Assembly: GCA_963705375.1 (NCBI GenBank)
Contig: OY970071.1
Location: 240,001-272,000, forward strand
Direction: 5' to 3'
Length of the DNA: 32,000 bases
DNA from: Candidatus Saccharimonadota bacterium
GTDB lineage: Archaea > Micrarchaeota > Micrarchaeia > Micrarchaeales > Micrarchaeaceae
Positions 1 to 8,484 of the stretch are shown here, piece after piece. The notes under the pieces were generated by a model. That model did no database searches, was not told the origin of the DNA, and worked only from the letters and a program-made list of their open reading frames with translations. How positions within the stretch are numbered: the stretch's first letter is position 1; every line of letters starts with the position of its first letter. The position numbers and the translations under genes are program-made.

Positions 1-1
1 T

Positions 2-361
2 CATTTTCTTAAGAATTATTGGGGCGCGATCGCATCATACGACAGCGCGTTGAAGATCTGTCCAGAATATGTTGCAGCTTTGGAAAACAAAGGGAAGGCA
101 CTTCACGCTGTTGGTATTGAAAGCAAGAACAAGACAACCAGCAACAAATACAATAAGGAAGCGATTGTAGTGTATGAAAAGGCGCTGGCGATACGCACCA
201 TAACTGACAAAGAGAAAGCTAGCCTGCTTTACAACGAAGGCAAGGCGTTCGAGTCTCTGGACATGACCACGGAGGCCAGGACGTGCCTTGAGAAGGTGGC
301 CGCGCTGGGCGGCATCGACAAAGCAGGGAGAGATGAACACGATTACTTTGATAGTGTATGA
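2..361 (+). CDS. TPR-repeat protein, 5'-truncated by the window edge
   Basis: The frame is open from nt 2, with no stop upstream of the TTG at 50. Translation HFLKNYWGAIASYDSALKICPEYVAALENKGKALH...YEKALAI...LLYNEGKAFESL shows TPR-like A/Y/G spacing. Confidence 0.55.
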   Translation, partial: HFLKNYWGAIASYDSALKICPEYVAALENKGKALHAVGIESKNKTTSNKYNKEAIVVYEKALAIRTITDKEKASLLYNEGKAFESLDMTTEARTCLEKVAALGGIDKAGRDEHDYFDSV

Positions 362-405
362 AGCATCTCCATGACGAAAAGGGCCCAGAACCAGAAAACA
401 CAGCC

Positions 406-421
406 ATATATATCTGAAAAT
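406..421 (+). promoter_or_regulatory. Putative archaeal TATA box (atatatatctgaaaat) for the ORF starting at 436
   Basis: A/T-rich box centred about 25 nt upstream of ATG 436. Near-identical motifs lie at 6583-6597 and 12881-12893. Confidence 0.45.
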
Positions 422-435
422 ACCCACATGGCAGC

Positions 436-1077
436 ATGCACAGAGTTTCTGACAGTCAAAATACACCCACATCCTCACCCCCGTTGTTTGTGGCGCAAAT
501 AACCAGCACCATAAGGATAACTGCGATTGAGGCCGCTTCACACAAAGGCGTATCTGCAATCGAAGTTTCGCCAAACCAGGCAGAGCTCATTTCAAGCGGA
601 GCATTCATGAGAGGGTGGCACAGGATCAGGCTCGATGAGCTTCTGAAGCAAATCTACGAAAACAAAAAACTCCTAGAGCTGGTCATTCATCACAACATAC
701 TTACGGCAGATAAAGATGTACGCCAGGAAGGGCCATGCAAGATTTTGGATAACGGGCTGCTCCGACTCCTTATAGATTCGCAAGGCAACTCATTCGAGGA
801 CACATCTCCTGAAGGAAGGCAAGACATCCTTAAGGAATACTATGCCCTGGAGAAAGCCAACAAGGCAGCGTGGGCGCACAACGGTAAAGGAACTGTTTTT
901 GTCAAAGCGATCCACAGCGAAGACATCTACAGGCTGTCTGGCGGCGTTGGAGGTTTGCGCATAGATGCCGGAGCAGATAAGGGCGTGGCAGTCTGGGTAA
1001 AGAACGAACCGGAACCTGATGTCAAGCGCCACGGCGGCAAGTTGCTCAGAACGCACACGAACAACCTGCGGCGCTGA
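436..1077 (+). CDS. Hypothetical protein
   Basis: 213-aa ORF with a TATA-like box about 25 nt upstream. No recognisable motif. Confidence 0.45.
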   Translation: MHRVSDSQNTPTSSPPLFVAQITSTIRITAIEAASHKGVSAIEVSPNQAELISSGAFMRGWHRIRLDELLKQIYENKKLLELVIHHNILTADKDVRQEGPCKILDNGLLRLLIDSQGNSFEDTSPEGRQDILKEYYALEKANKAAWAHNGKGTVFVKAIHSEDIYRLSGGVGGLRIDAGADKGVAVWVKNEPEPDVKRHGGKLLRTHTNNLRR

Positions 1078-1140
1078 AGTATCTGCTATTTATTTAGGCA
1101 TATCTTTTCGAATACTCTCATACGCACTCAGGGTAAGCGA

Positions 1141-1887
1141 ATGACTACTGCAAAGGAGATAATTGGCGAACTGAGCAGAATGTTTCCGAGCAAGCTTAGC
1201 TCAGAGTGGGACACCACTCAAGGCCTGATAGCAGGAAACATCTCCAAGAACGTAGAGAGAGCGGTCTTGAGCCTTGAGTTCAGAGAGAACCTCACGGGAA
1301 AAGGCGCAGACATGTTTATCTTCCATCACCCTCCTATTTTCGGGCCCAAAAGAGAAAAGACCAATCCGTTCTATAAAGCATGGAAGCGAAAAGGAGAGGT
1401 GGTCTACGCGATCCATTCAAGGATGGACCGGACAGGCTTTTCGAACATAGCGATAGCGGAAAGGCTGTTCGGAAGGAACGGATATTCTGCAGTGAAAGTT
1501 CTCGATGACGGCACCGCAATAATCGAATTGAAGCGCAGTTCACCTTTCAAAGAGATAACAAGCAGAATAAAGAGCTGGCTAAAGCTGAAGAAAGTCAGCG
1601 CAATACTGAAGAAAGGCACAGTCAAAAGAATAGGGATACATGGCGGCGAGGGCTTCAACCGCGGACACGTCGCGCTTGCAGCCAAGAAGGGCATAGACCT
1701 GTACCTTGCAGGAGACATCTCGCACCACCTTGCAGAACACGCCCATTTCTTTGACATCGACTTCGTAGACATCGGGCATTTCAGCGAGCAGGAGGGCATG
1801 AAAAGGCTTGCAGGCGTGCTTAGCAAGAAATTCCCAGGCGTGCGTTTCGAGTACGTCGAGCAACGGCCGTTATGGTCGATGGAATAG
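1141..1887 (+). CDS. NIF3 (DUF34) family dinuclear-metal-centre protein
   Basis: Motifs FIFHHPPIF, YAIHSRMD, GIHGGEG and AGDISHHLAEHA match the conserved His/Asp metal-ligand pattern of the NIF3/YbgI family. Confidence 0.85.
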   Translation: MTTAKEIIGELSRMFPSKLSSEWDTTQGLIAGNISKNVERAVLSLEFRENLTGKGADMFIFHHPPIFGPKREKTNPFYKAWKRKGEVVYAIHSRMDRTGFSNIAIAERLFGRNGYSAVKVLDDGTAIIELKRSSPFKEITSRIKSWLKLKKVSAILKKGTVKRIGIHGGEGFNRGHVALAAKKGIDLYLAGDISHHLAEHAHFFDIDFVDIGHFSEQEGMKRLAGVLSKKFPGVRFEYVEQRPLWSME

Positions 1888-2007
1888 ACGCCGAACTGAA
1901 ACGGAAAAGACAGCAGGGTACTCCGAAATGGTCGTGTTGTGCCGTGCCAAGAAACCAGGTAACAGAAACATAGAAATATCTAGACGACAACAGACATAAC
2001 AGAGCTT

Positions 2008-2577
2008 ATGCACATTACAAGGACCGGCCATCAAGCAGAGCTACCTAAAGGCTTAGATAGGCTGAAAAACAGTTCCGAGTACTCTGAGGACAATACTGTT
2101 TTTGTGTGTCAACATGAGGCAGCGATACTGGACGCCAGAATAAGCAGCGTCAAGGGCCTGTATACGTCTGGCGCCGGTTCGTGCGCCATACTGATAGCAA
2201 TACAGAAAGATCCAAAAACAAATGATGTGGGAAGGGTAGGAATGGCACACATAGACGTTTTTATAGATTCTGAACAGATCGCACATTTCTTGGATGAGGT
2301 AAAAGGCGCCAACGGTCATCTAGAGGTTTACGTCATAGGAGGTGAGAAACGAGTTGTTTCGTGCATCGCCGAAGCGTGCGGAGACAGTAAAGCGCAAATA
2401 AAATGCCGCACAGCAAACTTACAACAGAACAGAGAAGATTCTGCAATTGTTGATTGTACCGGCACTGTTTATTACGGCAAAAGAAAAGACCTGGATGCCT
2501 TGTTTGACAAGGAGAAGATGAAACGCATGGTGCCCGAGATCATTAAAGGAATACCTCTCTCGGTAATAACTGTCTAA
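2008..2577 (+). CDS. Hypothetical protein with a CheD-like Cys/His deamidase-type motif arrangement
   Basis: SGAGSCAILIAIQKD...VGMAHID...EVYVIGGEK has the same order and spacing as the CheD signature (GSC...GxxH...GGA). TATA-like agaaatatct lies about 30 nt upstream. Confidence 0.5.
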   Translation: MHITRTGHQAELPKGLDRLKNSSEYSEDNTVFVCQHEAAILDARISSVKGLYTSGAGSCAILIAIQKDPKTNDVGRVGMAHIDVFIDSEQIAHFLDEVKGANGHLEVYVIGGEKRVVSCIAEACGDSKAQIKCRTANLQQNREDSAIVDCTGTVYYGKRKDLDALFDKEKMKRMVPEIIKGIPLSVITV

Positions 2578-2865
2578 CTGCAAGCCAGCATGAAGACTTT
2601 CAGGGGCACGCTTTTGAATTCCTCCTCTCTTGCGATTTTAATCCAGACCATACCGCCATCTCAAACTGCTATGAATCCGAAAGGCTAAAACTCTTGTGAA
2701 AATATGCAAAAGAAGACGAAACCCTGAGAGGATGTGGTTGCGATGCTCCTGGATGCGTAGCGCACATGGCGAGAGTGGCGCGATGATGAGGGACTTGCAC
2801 GCGCTGCCGAGTGCATTATTGCAGGATTAAATACTTAACCAGGCCAGAGGTTCCTGGTGTTAGTG

Positions 2866-3357
2866 ATGCGGGCAAGCGGCGGAGCTTCGGCAAGTGCTCC
2901 TGAACGGTTCAGGCTCATCGCAGGCGTGTACCTTCTGCTCATGAAACAGAACAAGATCCTTCTTCTGAGGAGATTCAACACAGGGTATGAGGACGGCAAA
3001 TACACCACGATAGCAGGCCACATGGACGGCAGAGAGTCTGTCGTCGAAGCCGCGGCGCGCGAGGCGATGGAAGAGGCAGGCATATCGATAAATCCGGATG
3101 ACCTGGAAGTCGTGCACGTGATGCACAGGCGCCACAATCCTGACAGCAAACATTACCAGGAATTCATACTGTTCTTCCTTACAGCAAAAAAGTGGAAGGG
3201 CGAACCGACGCTTGTGGAGAAGGACAAGAGCGACGATATCGGATGGTTCGACATGGAAAATCTGCCGGATAACATCGTCCCGCATGTAAAAGAGGTCATA
3301 CTTAACTCGAGGAAAGGCATTACCTTCTCAGAGTTCGTGGATCCTTATCCTTATTGA
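2866..3357 (+). CDS. NUDIX hydrolase
   Basis: Canonical Nudix box GHMDGRESVVEAAAREAMEEAGI (GX5EX7REUXEEXGU). ATG at 2866 is preferred over the GTG at 2857. Confidence 0.85.
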   Translation: MRASGGASASAPERFRLIAGVYLLLMKQNKILLLRRFNTGYEDGKYTTIAGHMDGRESVVEAAAREAMEEAGISINPDDLEVVHVMHRRHNPDSKHYQEFILFFLTAKKWKGEPTLVEKDKSDDIGWFDMENLPDNIVPHVKEVILNSRKGITFSEFVDPYPY

Positions 3358-3782
3358 CTGGTGTCTTGGCTGCAGCACTTCGAGCAGAAAGGCGCACATT
3401 AAGTGCGAAGACATTCGAAAAGCTATTTAATGGTTTTTCATCTAAATTACCTGTAAGGTCTTAATGGCTCGGTATCCAATAAACGGTGCGAGTGCCTTAC
3501 TGTCCTTATTCCTTCCCCTTTCATTTGGAAACGCGATAGTTTCTCTTTCCAGGCTAGAGTCGCCTTCAACGGTGCGTGAATGGTGATTTTAGATGGTATC
3601 TCAATATTAATCAAAAATGTATGTGTCGTTGTTTCAAGGGTACGCATATTTTCTGAATCTACGTCAAAAGCATGCGAATGCGCCCATGCCGATTCTGATT
3701 CTAACTTCGCGGTAAGTGCAGCGTCTGCTGCGTTCGCTGCACCGAATATCAGAAAGTCAATCTTGCGCTATGGAGTGGTGAA

Positions 3783-4247
3783 ATGATGAAAACAACAAAG
3801 AACCAAACAACAGGAAGCGAAGCGATGGAAAGGCTGGAGCAGCTGGCCCAGTGTGCCAAACACAACCCTCGTGAAGCGGTCGACATCAAGGTGGACTACG
3901 TGCGTGATGGCGTGGAGCACAGCGCCGTTGTGAAGCTCCATGACGTCAAGCCGTTCAAGTACATACTGTGCACGTATATGATCGGGCATTTCATAGACGA
4001 TCGCGAAGCGATAATGAGGATATGTGTTGCCGACAAGACGACAGGCGAGTTCTCTGAGGAAGTCTACCATAATCCGAAGATATGCCCGACTTACAATGTC
4101 AGCGATCCGAAAGAGATCGGACGTCTAAGGGCATCAAGTTTCGGGAATGACGTGGCACAGCGTCTGGAAGAAGAAGGGACAGACAAGGAAGCCGAACAAT
4201 TACGCGTGAAGGCGTTTTTGAGGTACGACGTGCCGATCGATTTGTAA
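3783..4247 (+). CDS. Hypothetical protein
   Basis: 154-aa ORF preceded by a GGTGA Shine-Dalgarno-like element (ggagtggtgaaATG). Confidence 0.55.
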   Translation: MMKTTKNQTTGSEAMERLEQLAQCAKHNPREAVDIKVDYVRDGVEHSAVVKLHDVKPFKYILCTYMIGHFIDDREAIMRICVADKTTGEFSEEVYHNPKICPTYNVSDPKEIGRLRASSFGNDVAQRLEEEGTDKEAEQLRVKAFLRYDVPIDL

Positions 4248-4329
4248 TGCCCGGCACCATGCGAACGTAACGAGGCCTGCTAATTATGGATGCATTACAG
4301 AAGCATGCGCCTGGCGAGTCTCGGGCATG

Positions 4330-4956
4330 TCACGTCGATACGTCCGGCAGGGCGTTAAGGTTCACTATGTCGATCTTTATCCCTGCAGAACCAAGCACTT
4401 TTGCAAGTGCATCCATCGGCAGGCTGAACCGCTCCATTCCGTAGATATAACTAGACATGGGCGTAAAGAGGGTGGCCGAGACCCTGTCCTGTGGGTTGTA
4501 GCATCCGGCCCACTCTGTCACGGGCCTGGTTGTGATATAGGACTCTATCTCTGCAGCTGTAAGTTTTTTGCATCTGATAAAAGTGGTCCTGGTTGTGGTT
4601 GTTTCTTCTCCGTTTCTCAAGTCTATCGTGCACATCCCAGTGACCATCTTTATTCTTTTCGTGGACTCCATCCTTAGCATGAGTCGTGCATCATCCAAAT
4701 CTTTGGGTTTTTGCAATTCAGTCCCATCAAGTATTCCGAATGTATCTGCTGCGATCACTATTGCTTCGCCTTTGCACATTGACGCTACTGTGCGTGCTTT
4801 CAGCCGTGCGATCTCCTCTGCCTTCTTTACAGAATCTGATGCATCGACCGACCTTTCGTCCACATTGCTCGGCACCACCTCGAACTGCACGCCTAGTGAT
4901 CGAAGTATGTCTCTGCGGTTCTGCGACCCTGATGCCAGTATTATTTTGGTCGTCAT
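4330..4956 (-). CDS. maf: Maf-family nucleoside triphosphate pyrophosphatase
   Basis: N-terminus IILASGSQNRRDILRSLGVQFEVVPSNVDE and overall length are typical of Maf/YhdE. The start lies 1 nt after the stop of the upstream radical SAM gene. Confidence 0.9.
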   Translation of the reverse strand: MTTKIILASGSQNRRDILRSLGVQFEVVPSNVDERSVDASDSVKKAEEIARLKARTVASMCKGEAIVIAADTFGILDGTELQKPKDLDDARLMLRMESTKRIKMVTGMCTIDLRNGEETTTTRTTFIRCKKLTAAEIESYITTRPVTEWAGCYNPQDRVSATLFTPMSSYIYGMERFSLPMDALAKVLGSAGIKIDIVNLNALPDVST

Positions 4957-4957
4957 G

Positions 4958-6460
4958 TCAATCAGTCCTCAGATAATTGCCATAGAACTCCTGCAATGTC
5001 CCAATTATGTGCCCCTTCACATCCTTGCTTGGGATTTCCGCTATCGTAATGTCGTCCTGGACCCACGCGCCTTTCCCAAAGCCGTACCGGGGATCACCTC
5101 CATTATCTGAAGGATCAAAATAATCAAACCTGCCCTCAAGCTCTGGCCTCAGTTCCACAAGCCTTTGGTATTCGACAGTTCCAGGATACGGCTTGAACTG
5201 GTAGACCGCAACGTCAGTGAGCCCTTTGTCCTTCAACAGCATAATGAAGTCCCGTGTCTCCTTTATCTGCTCTTCTGTTTCACCAGGGAAGCCCATGATG
5301 AAGAATCCTTTCGTCTGGATCTGGTGCCTTGCCAGTTTCTCGATTGCTATGACTGCCTGCTCCTTTGTAATACCCTTCCGTATCCTCTTGAGCATCACGT
5401 CGTTGCCGCTTTCTATCCCCAGTGCCAGCTTCCAGAGCCCAGTCTCCTTTGCAAGCTCAGCCACCTCGTCACTGAAATCGCCCCTTAAGACGACAGGTAC
5501 ACGCGTGAGCCCTCTCCACACGAAACTGCCATTCATGCCGCGCCTCTGCAGTTCGCCATGGAACTGCCGGATGCTCTCCCCACTTACGAATGCCATGTCG
5601 TCAAGGAAGTGAATGGCGTCTGCCTTCAGGCCGTTGACAACATATTCCACTTCGTCGACTATCCTTGACATGCTCGGCCTAAGGTATGTCGGGCCCCTGC
5701 ACCTGTTGTTCATGATCGGCGATGCGCAGAAAGTGCACTCGAACGGGCACCCTGTCGTAACATACAGCGTGGCTTCGCGTATTGTCTTGTCACGACCTTC
5801 CAGCCGAATGGCGTGCGCGTATATGGGCTCTTCGACATACATTTCCTGCCTCACTATCGGAATAGTTTCAGGATTGACCCTTTTTGCATAATCGATCCTG
5901 TGGCCTATCTCTTGCCCGTTGTAGTATATCCCAGAGCCTTCTGATTTCGGCATACCAGTTAGCGCCGCTCCAAGAATCTCGCCTATCGCAAGCTCTCCGT
6001 CTCCACGCACTATGGCGAATGCATTAGGGAAGTTACCGTGGGCAATCTGCGGAGACAATGTCGCGTGCACCCCTCCAAGCACATACGATATCTCCAGCCT
6101 GTCGCACGCGTTCGCGATTTCCTTGCCCTCCAATACATTCACCGATGTCGGGTTTATCCCGATCATCTTCGCACCACTTATCTTTATCTGCTCTACGATT
6201 TCATCCAGGTCGAGCTTAAGCTTGTGCGCGTCAAGTATTCCCGCATTGAAGCCGAAAAACTCCCTTGCCGACACCACCACACGCAAGAGGCCCCATGGAG
6301 GCACCTCATCCTCAGGTATTATGCCCTGTTGGAATGTGGATGGCACGTTTATCGCTACAAAATCAAACTGATCTGAGGAATGCGGACGGACTAGGCAGTT
6401 CAAGGACTGCGTATGGGCACGGCTCAGTTCGTCTTCTGGTTGTGGTTTAGTCAGGAACAC
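4958..6460 (-). CDS. B12-binding-domain radical SAM protein
   Basis: CxxxCxxC cluster motif GCPFECTFCASP. The N-terminal Rossmann-like segment (KMIGINPTSVNV...YVLGGVHATL) is typical of COG1032 cobalamin-binding rSAM enzymes. GTG start with a TATA box (ctaaatataataag on the minus strand) about 35 nt upstream. Confidence 0.9.
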   Translation of the reverse strand: MFLTKPQPEDELSRAHTQSLNCLVRPHSSDQFDFVAINVPSTFQQGIIPEDEVPPWGLLRVVVSAREFFGFNAGILDAHKLKLDLDEIVEQIKISGAKMIGINPTSVNVLEGKEIANACDRLEISYVLGGVHATLSPQIAHGNFPNAFAIVRGDGELAIGEILGAALTGMPKSEGSGIYYNGQEIGHRIDYAKRVNPETIPIVRQEMYVEEPIYAHAIRLEGRDKTIREATLYVTTGCPFECTFCASPIMNNRCRGPTYLRPSMSRIVDEVEYVVNGLKADAIHFLDDMAFVSGESIRQFHGELQRRGMNGSFVWRGLTRVPVVLRGDFSDEVAELAKETGLWKLALGIESGNDVMLKRIRKGITKEQAVIAIEKLARHQIQTKGFFIMGFPGETEEQIKETRDFIMLLKDKGLTDVAVYQFKPYPGTVEYQRLVELRPELEGRFDYFDPSDNGGDPRYGFGKGAWVQDDITIAEIPSKDVKGHIIGTLQEFYGNYLRTD

Positions 6461-6582
6461 TCAATCACGTCGTGCCTCTCCCTTATCGTCTTATTATATT
6501 TAGCGAGAAGGCTATTAAAGTCCTAGGGGACCTTACTATTCTGACGTAGTTTGTCCTTTGCCAGGAGCCGCACCAAAACAGA

Positions 6583-6597
6583 TTTATATCTGAAAAT
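6583..6597 (+). promoter_or_regulatory. Putative TATA box (tttatatctgaaaat) for the CDS at 6611
   Basis: Lies about 24 nt upstream of ATG 6611. Shares tatatctgaaaat with the box at 406-421. Confidence 0.45.
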
Positions 6598-6610
6598 CTC
6601 AAAAAGCAGC

Positions 6611-7156
6611 ATGGCCTTCAAGAGCATCATACTGTCAGGGCATCCTGGCTCAGGAAAATCCGCGCTGGCAAACGCATTGTCCAACGAGTACGGCTGGCCA
6701 GTATATTCCATCGGCGGACTGTGGAGGGAGAAGTACAAAAAAGAGCACCCACAGAACGACATAACATTTGAGGACTTCTGGAGCCAGACCAACAAAGAGG
6801 ACAACATAAAGATCAACGAAGAGGCGAAGGTGCTATTCGAGAGAGGAAGCATCATCGGGGAATCAAGGTACACTATGATCTTGGACAGCTCTATCTGCTT
6901 GCTGGTGTTCATTACCGCAGACATGAACACAAGAGTAAAACGCGTGCATGGGCGCCCAGAATACAGGAGGATGTCTAAACAAGAGCTTGCTGAAACGCTG
7001 GAAAGGCGCGGGCAGGACGAACTGGACAGAGGCCACGAGCTCTATGGCGACGATTATGACTACCGGAACCCGCAAAACTACCATCTTGTCATCGACACGA
7101 CCCACATGACTGTAGAGCAGGAAGTCAAGGCTGTGCTCGGCATGATGAGGACATAA
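6611..7156 (+). CDS. P-loop nucleoside monophosphate kinase, archaeal cytidylate-kinase-like
   Basis: Walker A motif SGHPGSGKS immediately after Met-21 of the tracked ORF. Layout resembles archaeal-type CMP kinase (ESR..., FITADMNTRVKRV, YGDDYDYRNPQNYHLVIDT). Start moved to ATG 6611 to fit the promoter. Confidence 0.65.
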   Translation: MAFKSIILSGHPGSGKSALANALSNEYGWPVYSIGGLWREKYKKEHPQNDITFEDFWSQTNKEDNIKINEEAKVLFERGSIIGESRYTMILDSSICLLVFITADMNTRVKRVHGRPEYRRMSKQELAETLERRGQDELDRGHELYGDDYDYRNPQNYHLVIDTTHMTVEQEVKAVLGMMRT

Positions 7157-7286
7157 TCACCGGACCTGCGCACTTACGCGATCTGACATCCAGAAAAGAG
7201 AGAAAGAGGACGAACGCTTCACGCTTGGAACTGCATTCAAACTCGCTTTTTATCGCTATGTGAATACCACTCCTTGTTTACCTGCA

Positions 7287-8156
7287 CTAGTTTCTTGATT
7301 TGTGTGGGATCTTCCTGTTCGAATGTGCCTCTCCCGGCACGCCTGCACGTGGTTCTGCTTGTGCGGCAGAATTCGTATTTTGCTCGGGTGTGCGTTCGGA
7401 TCTGAGGCTTATTTTGCCCGTATGCACCTCTCTCTTAGCGGGTTGTTCTGCGTTAGCTTTCTCGGAGTTCAGCCGTTCCATTATTCTGGGCAGTCCCAGC
7501 GCTTCAGACAATACGACGAACTTGGTCGCCAAGAACTGTTCCAATTCAGCATCCAACGGTTTTGCCAGTTCTGCGGCGTACCCATCATACCGGAGCGAAT
7601 CTTGTATAAACTTTGCGTATTCGCCATCTGTTATCACAAACATCGGCGTATTTTTGTTGCTGTCTGCAAGGTCCCTTATGTTGTCTAACATGGCCTGTTC
7701 CCGTATCCCGTTGATCGTGGATCTTGCGAACATTAGAGCTCTGCCTATCGAAATGCGCTCTTCCCCCTCAGCAGCATCGAATCTGGCCTTCAGCGCCACT
7801 TCCTCTTCATAAGATTCTTTTAGCAGCTCCAGATCCTCTCTGCGTTCATCCCCTACATCTATCGGATGAATTTCTATCTCGTGCCTTCTTTTTAAGTCAG
7901 TCAATAAGGAGAGGAGGTCAAATGTCCAATCCGAGAAGCCCGTCAGCTTTGACAAAGCCTTTATCGTTTGCTCGGAGTAGGTGTCTATCGCGCCAAACAC
8001 CCGGTTCCAAGACGCAGTATTCGGGGCATCCAACAGCACAAAAACCACACCATCTCTATCGGCCATGCCATCGTGAATGCTTTCAAGCATCTCGCCTATC
8101 TCTTTCACACCAGCAAGGTTAGAGCGATTAGCGGGATATAACTGTATCTTTGTCAT
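7287..8156 (-). CDS. Hypothetical protein
   Basis: 289-aa ORF with a TATA box (gtataaatataac on the minus strand) about 30 nt upstream. The C-terminal roughly 60 aa are low-complexity. Confidence 0.55.
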   Translation of the reverse strand: MTKIQLYPANRSNLAGVKEIGEMLESIHDGMADRDGVVFVLLDAPNTASWNRVFGAIDTYSEQTIKALSKLTGFSDWTFDLLSLLTDLKRRHEIEIHPIDVGDERREDLELLKESYEEEVALKARFDAAEGEERISIGRALMFARSTINGIREQAMLDNIRDLADSNKNTPMFVITDGEYAKFIQDSLRYDGYAAELAKPLDAELEQFLATKFVVLSEALGLPRIMERLNSEKANAEQPAKREVHTGKISLRSERTPEQNTNSAAQAEPRAGVPGEAHSNRKIPHKSRN

Positions 8157-8221
8157 AATGTCACATGCAGCCTTTTGTCTGAGTTATATTTATACCTTGT
8201 TTGCCTAAAAGCCGCTTCGAT

Positions 8222-8326
8222 GCCCACTAAGAGGTGCAAGCGCGGAAAAGGCAAAGTCGCGCAAAGTCTGAATTGGCATGTGCCCTTAAATTCCAATTTT
8301 TCTTCTAAAAATCATGATGGGCCTGA
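8222..8326 (+). repeat. Repeat module R1: gene-tail remnant, hairpin, T-rich tract and copy of the tRNA-Val 3' end
   Basis: Colinear with 9471-9569. Shared blocks are gcaagcgcggaaaag, ctgaat, cttaaat, tcttctaaa/tcgtctaag and gatgggc. Hairpin aattgg/ccaatt lies at 8271-8298. The module ends in gatgggcctga, identical to the sequence at the 3' end of tRNA-Val (10803-10813). Confidence 0.7.
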
Positions 8327-8395
8327 TGTTCAAGCGGCCGGAAGCTCGATTTAGAGAGGATACTACATAATATGCTCTGATGCTGTTCGAACAGT

Positions 8396-8465
8396 GCACC
8401 TACAAAACCGCAAAGCCCAACAGACAAGCAGACAAAAAACCAAGAATATAAATATCTCCTAAAAT
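8396..8465 (+). promoter_or_regulatory. Upstream module U1: CA-rich block plus TATA box for the CDS at 8485
   Basis: acaaaaccgcaaagcccaacagacaagcagacaaaaaacc followed by aatataaatatctcctaaaat. Related CA-rich blocks lie at 9678-9720 and 10025-10062. The 14-mer atatctcctaaaat recurs at 26810-26823. Confidence 0.5.
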
Positions 8466-8484
8466 GCAAGCAATATGCGATTAA

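Noticed and set aside
35-574. 179-aa minus-strand ORF overlapping the TPR gene and the start of the next CDS
   Set aside because: It is antisense to a frame with clear TPR periodicity and crosses a promoter region. The Cys/Leu/Arg-rich composition is typical of a shadow ORF.
2781-2830. C-box-like gcgATGATGAg, suggesting a C/D box sRNA
   Set aside because: No CUGA D or D' box and no terminal stem within the expected 50-70 nt.
3447-3767. Minus-strand frame reading ...DFLIFGAANAADAALTAKLESESAWAHSHAFDVDSENMRTLETTTHTFLINIEIPSK... in the 420-bp gap before CDS 3783
   Set aside because: The frame looks protein-like for about 105 codons, but the only ATG/GTG/TTG start is the ATG at 3647 (66 aa). The upstream part follows a stop at 3768-3770 with no start codon. 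It could be a decayed gene or a 66-aa protein, and there is not enough support to call it.
4327-5110. Plus-strand ORFs (4327..4677, 4568..5110, 4686..4976) opposite maf and the radical SAM 3' end
   Set aside because: The minus-strand frames carry unmistakable Maf and rSAM motifs. The plus-strand translations are low-complexity Ser/Leu/Val-rich shadows. The same reasoning applies to the antisense ORFs inside 4958-6460, 7287-8156, 14358-16389, 17670-18953, 21099-21421 and 29837-30694.
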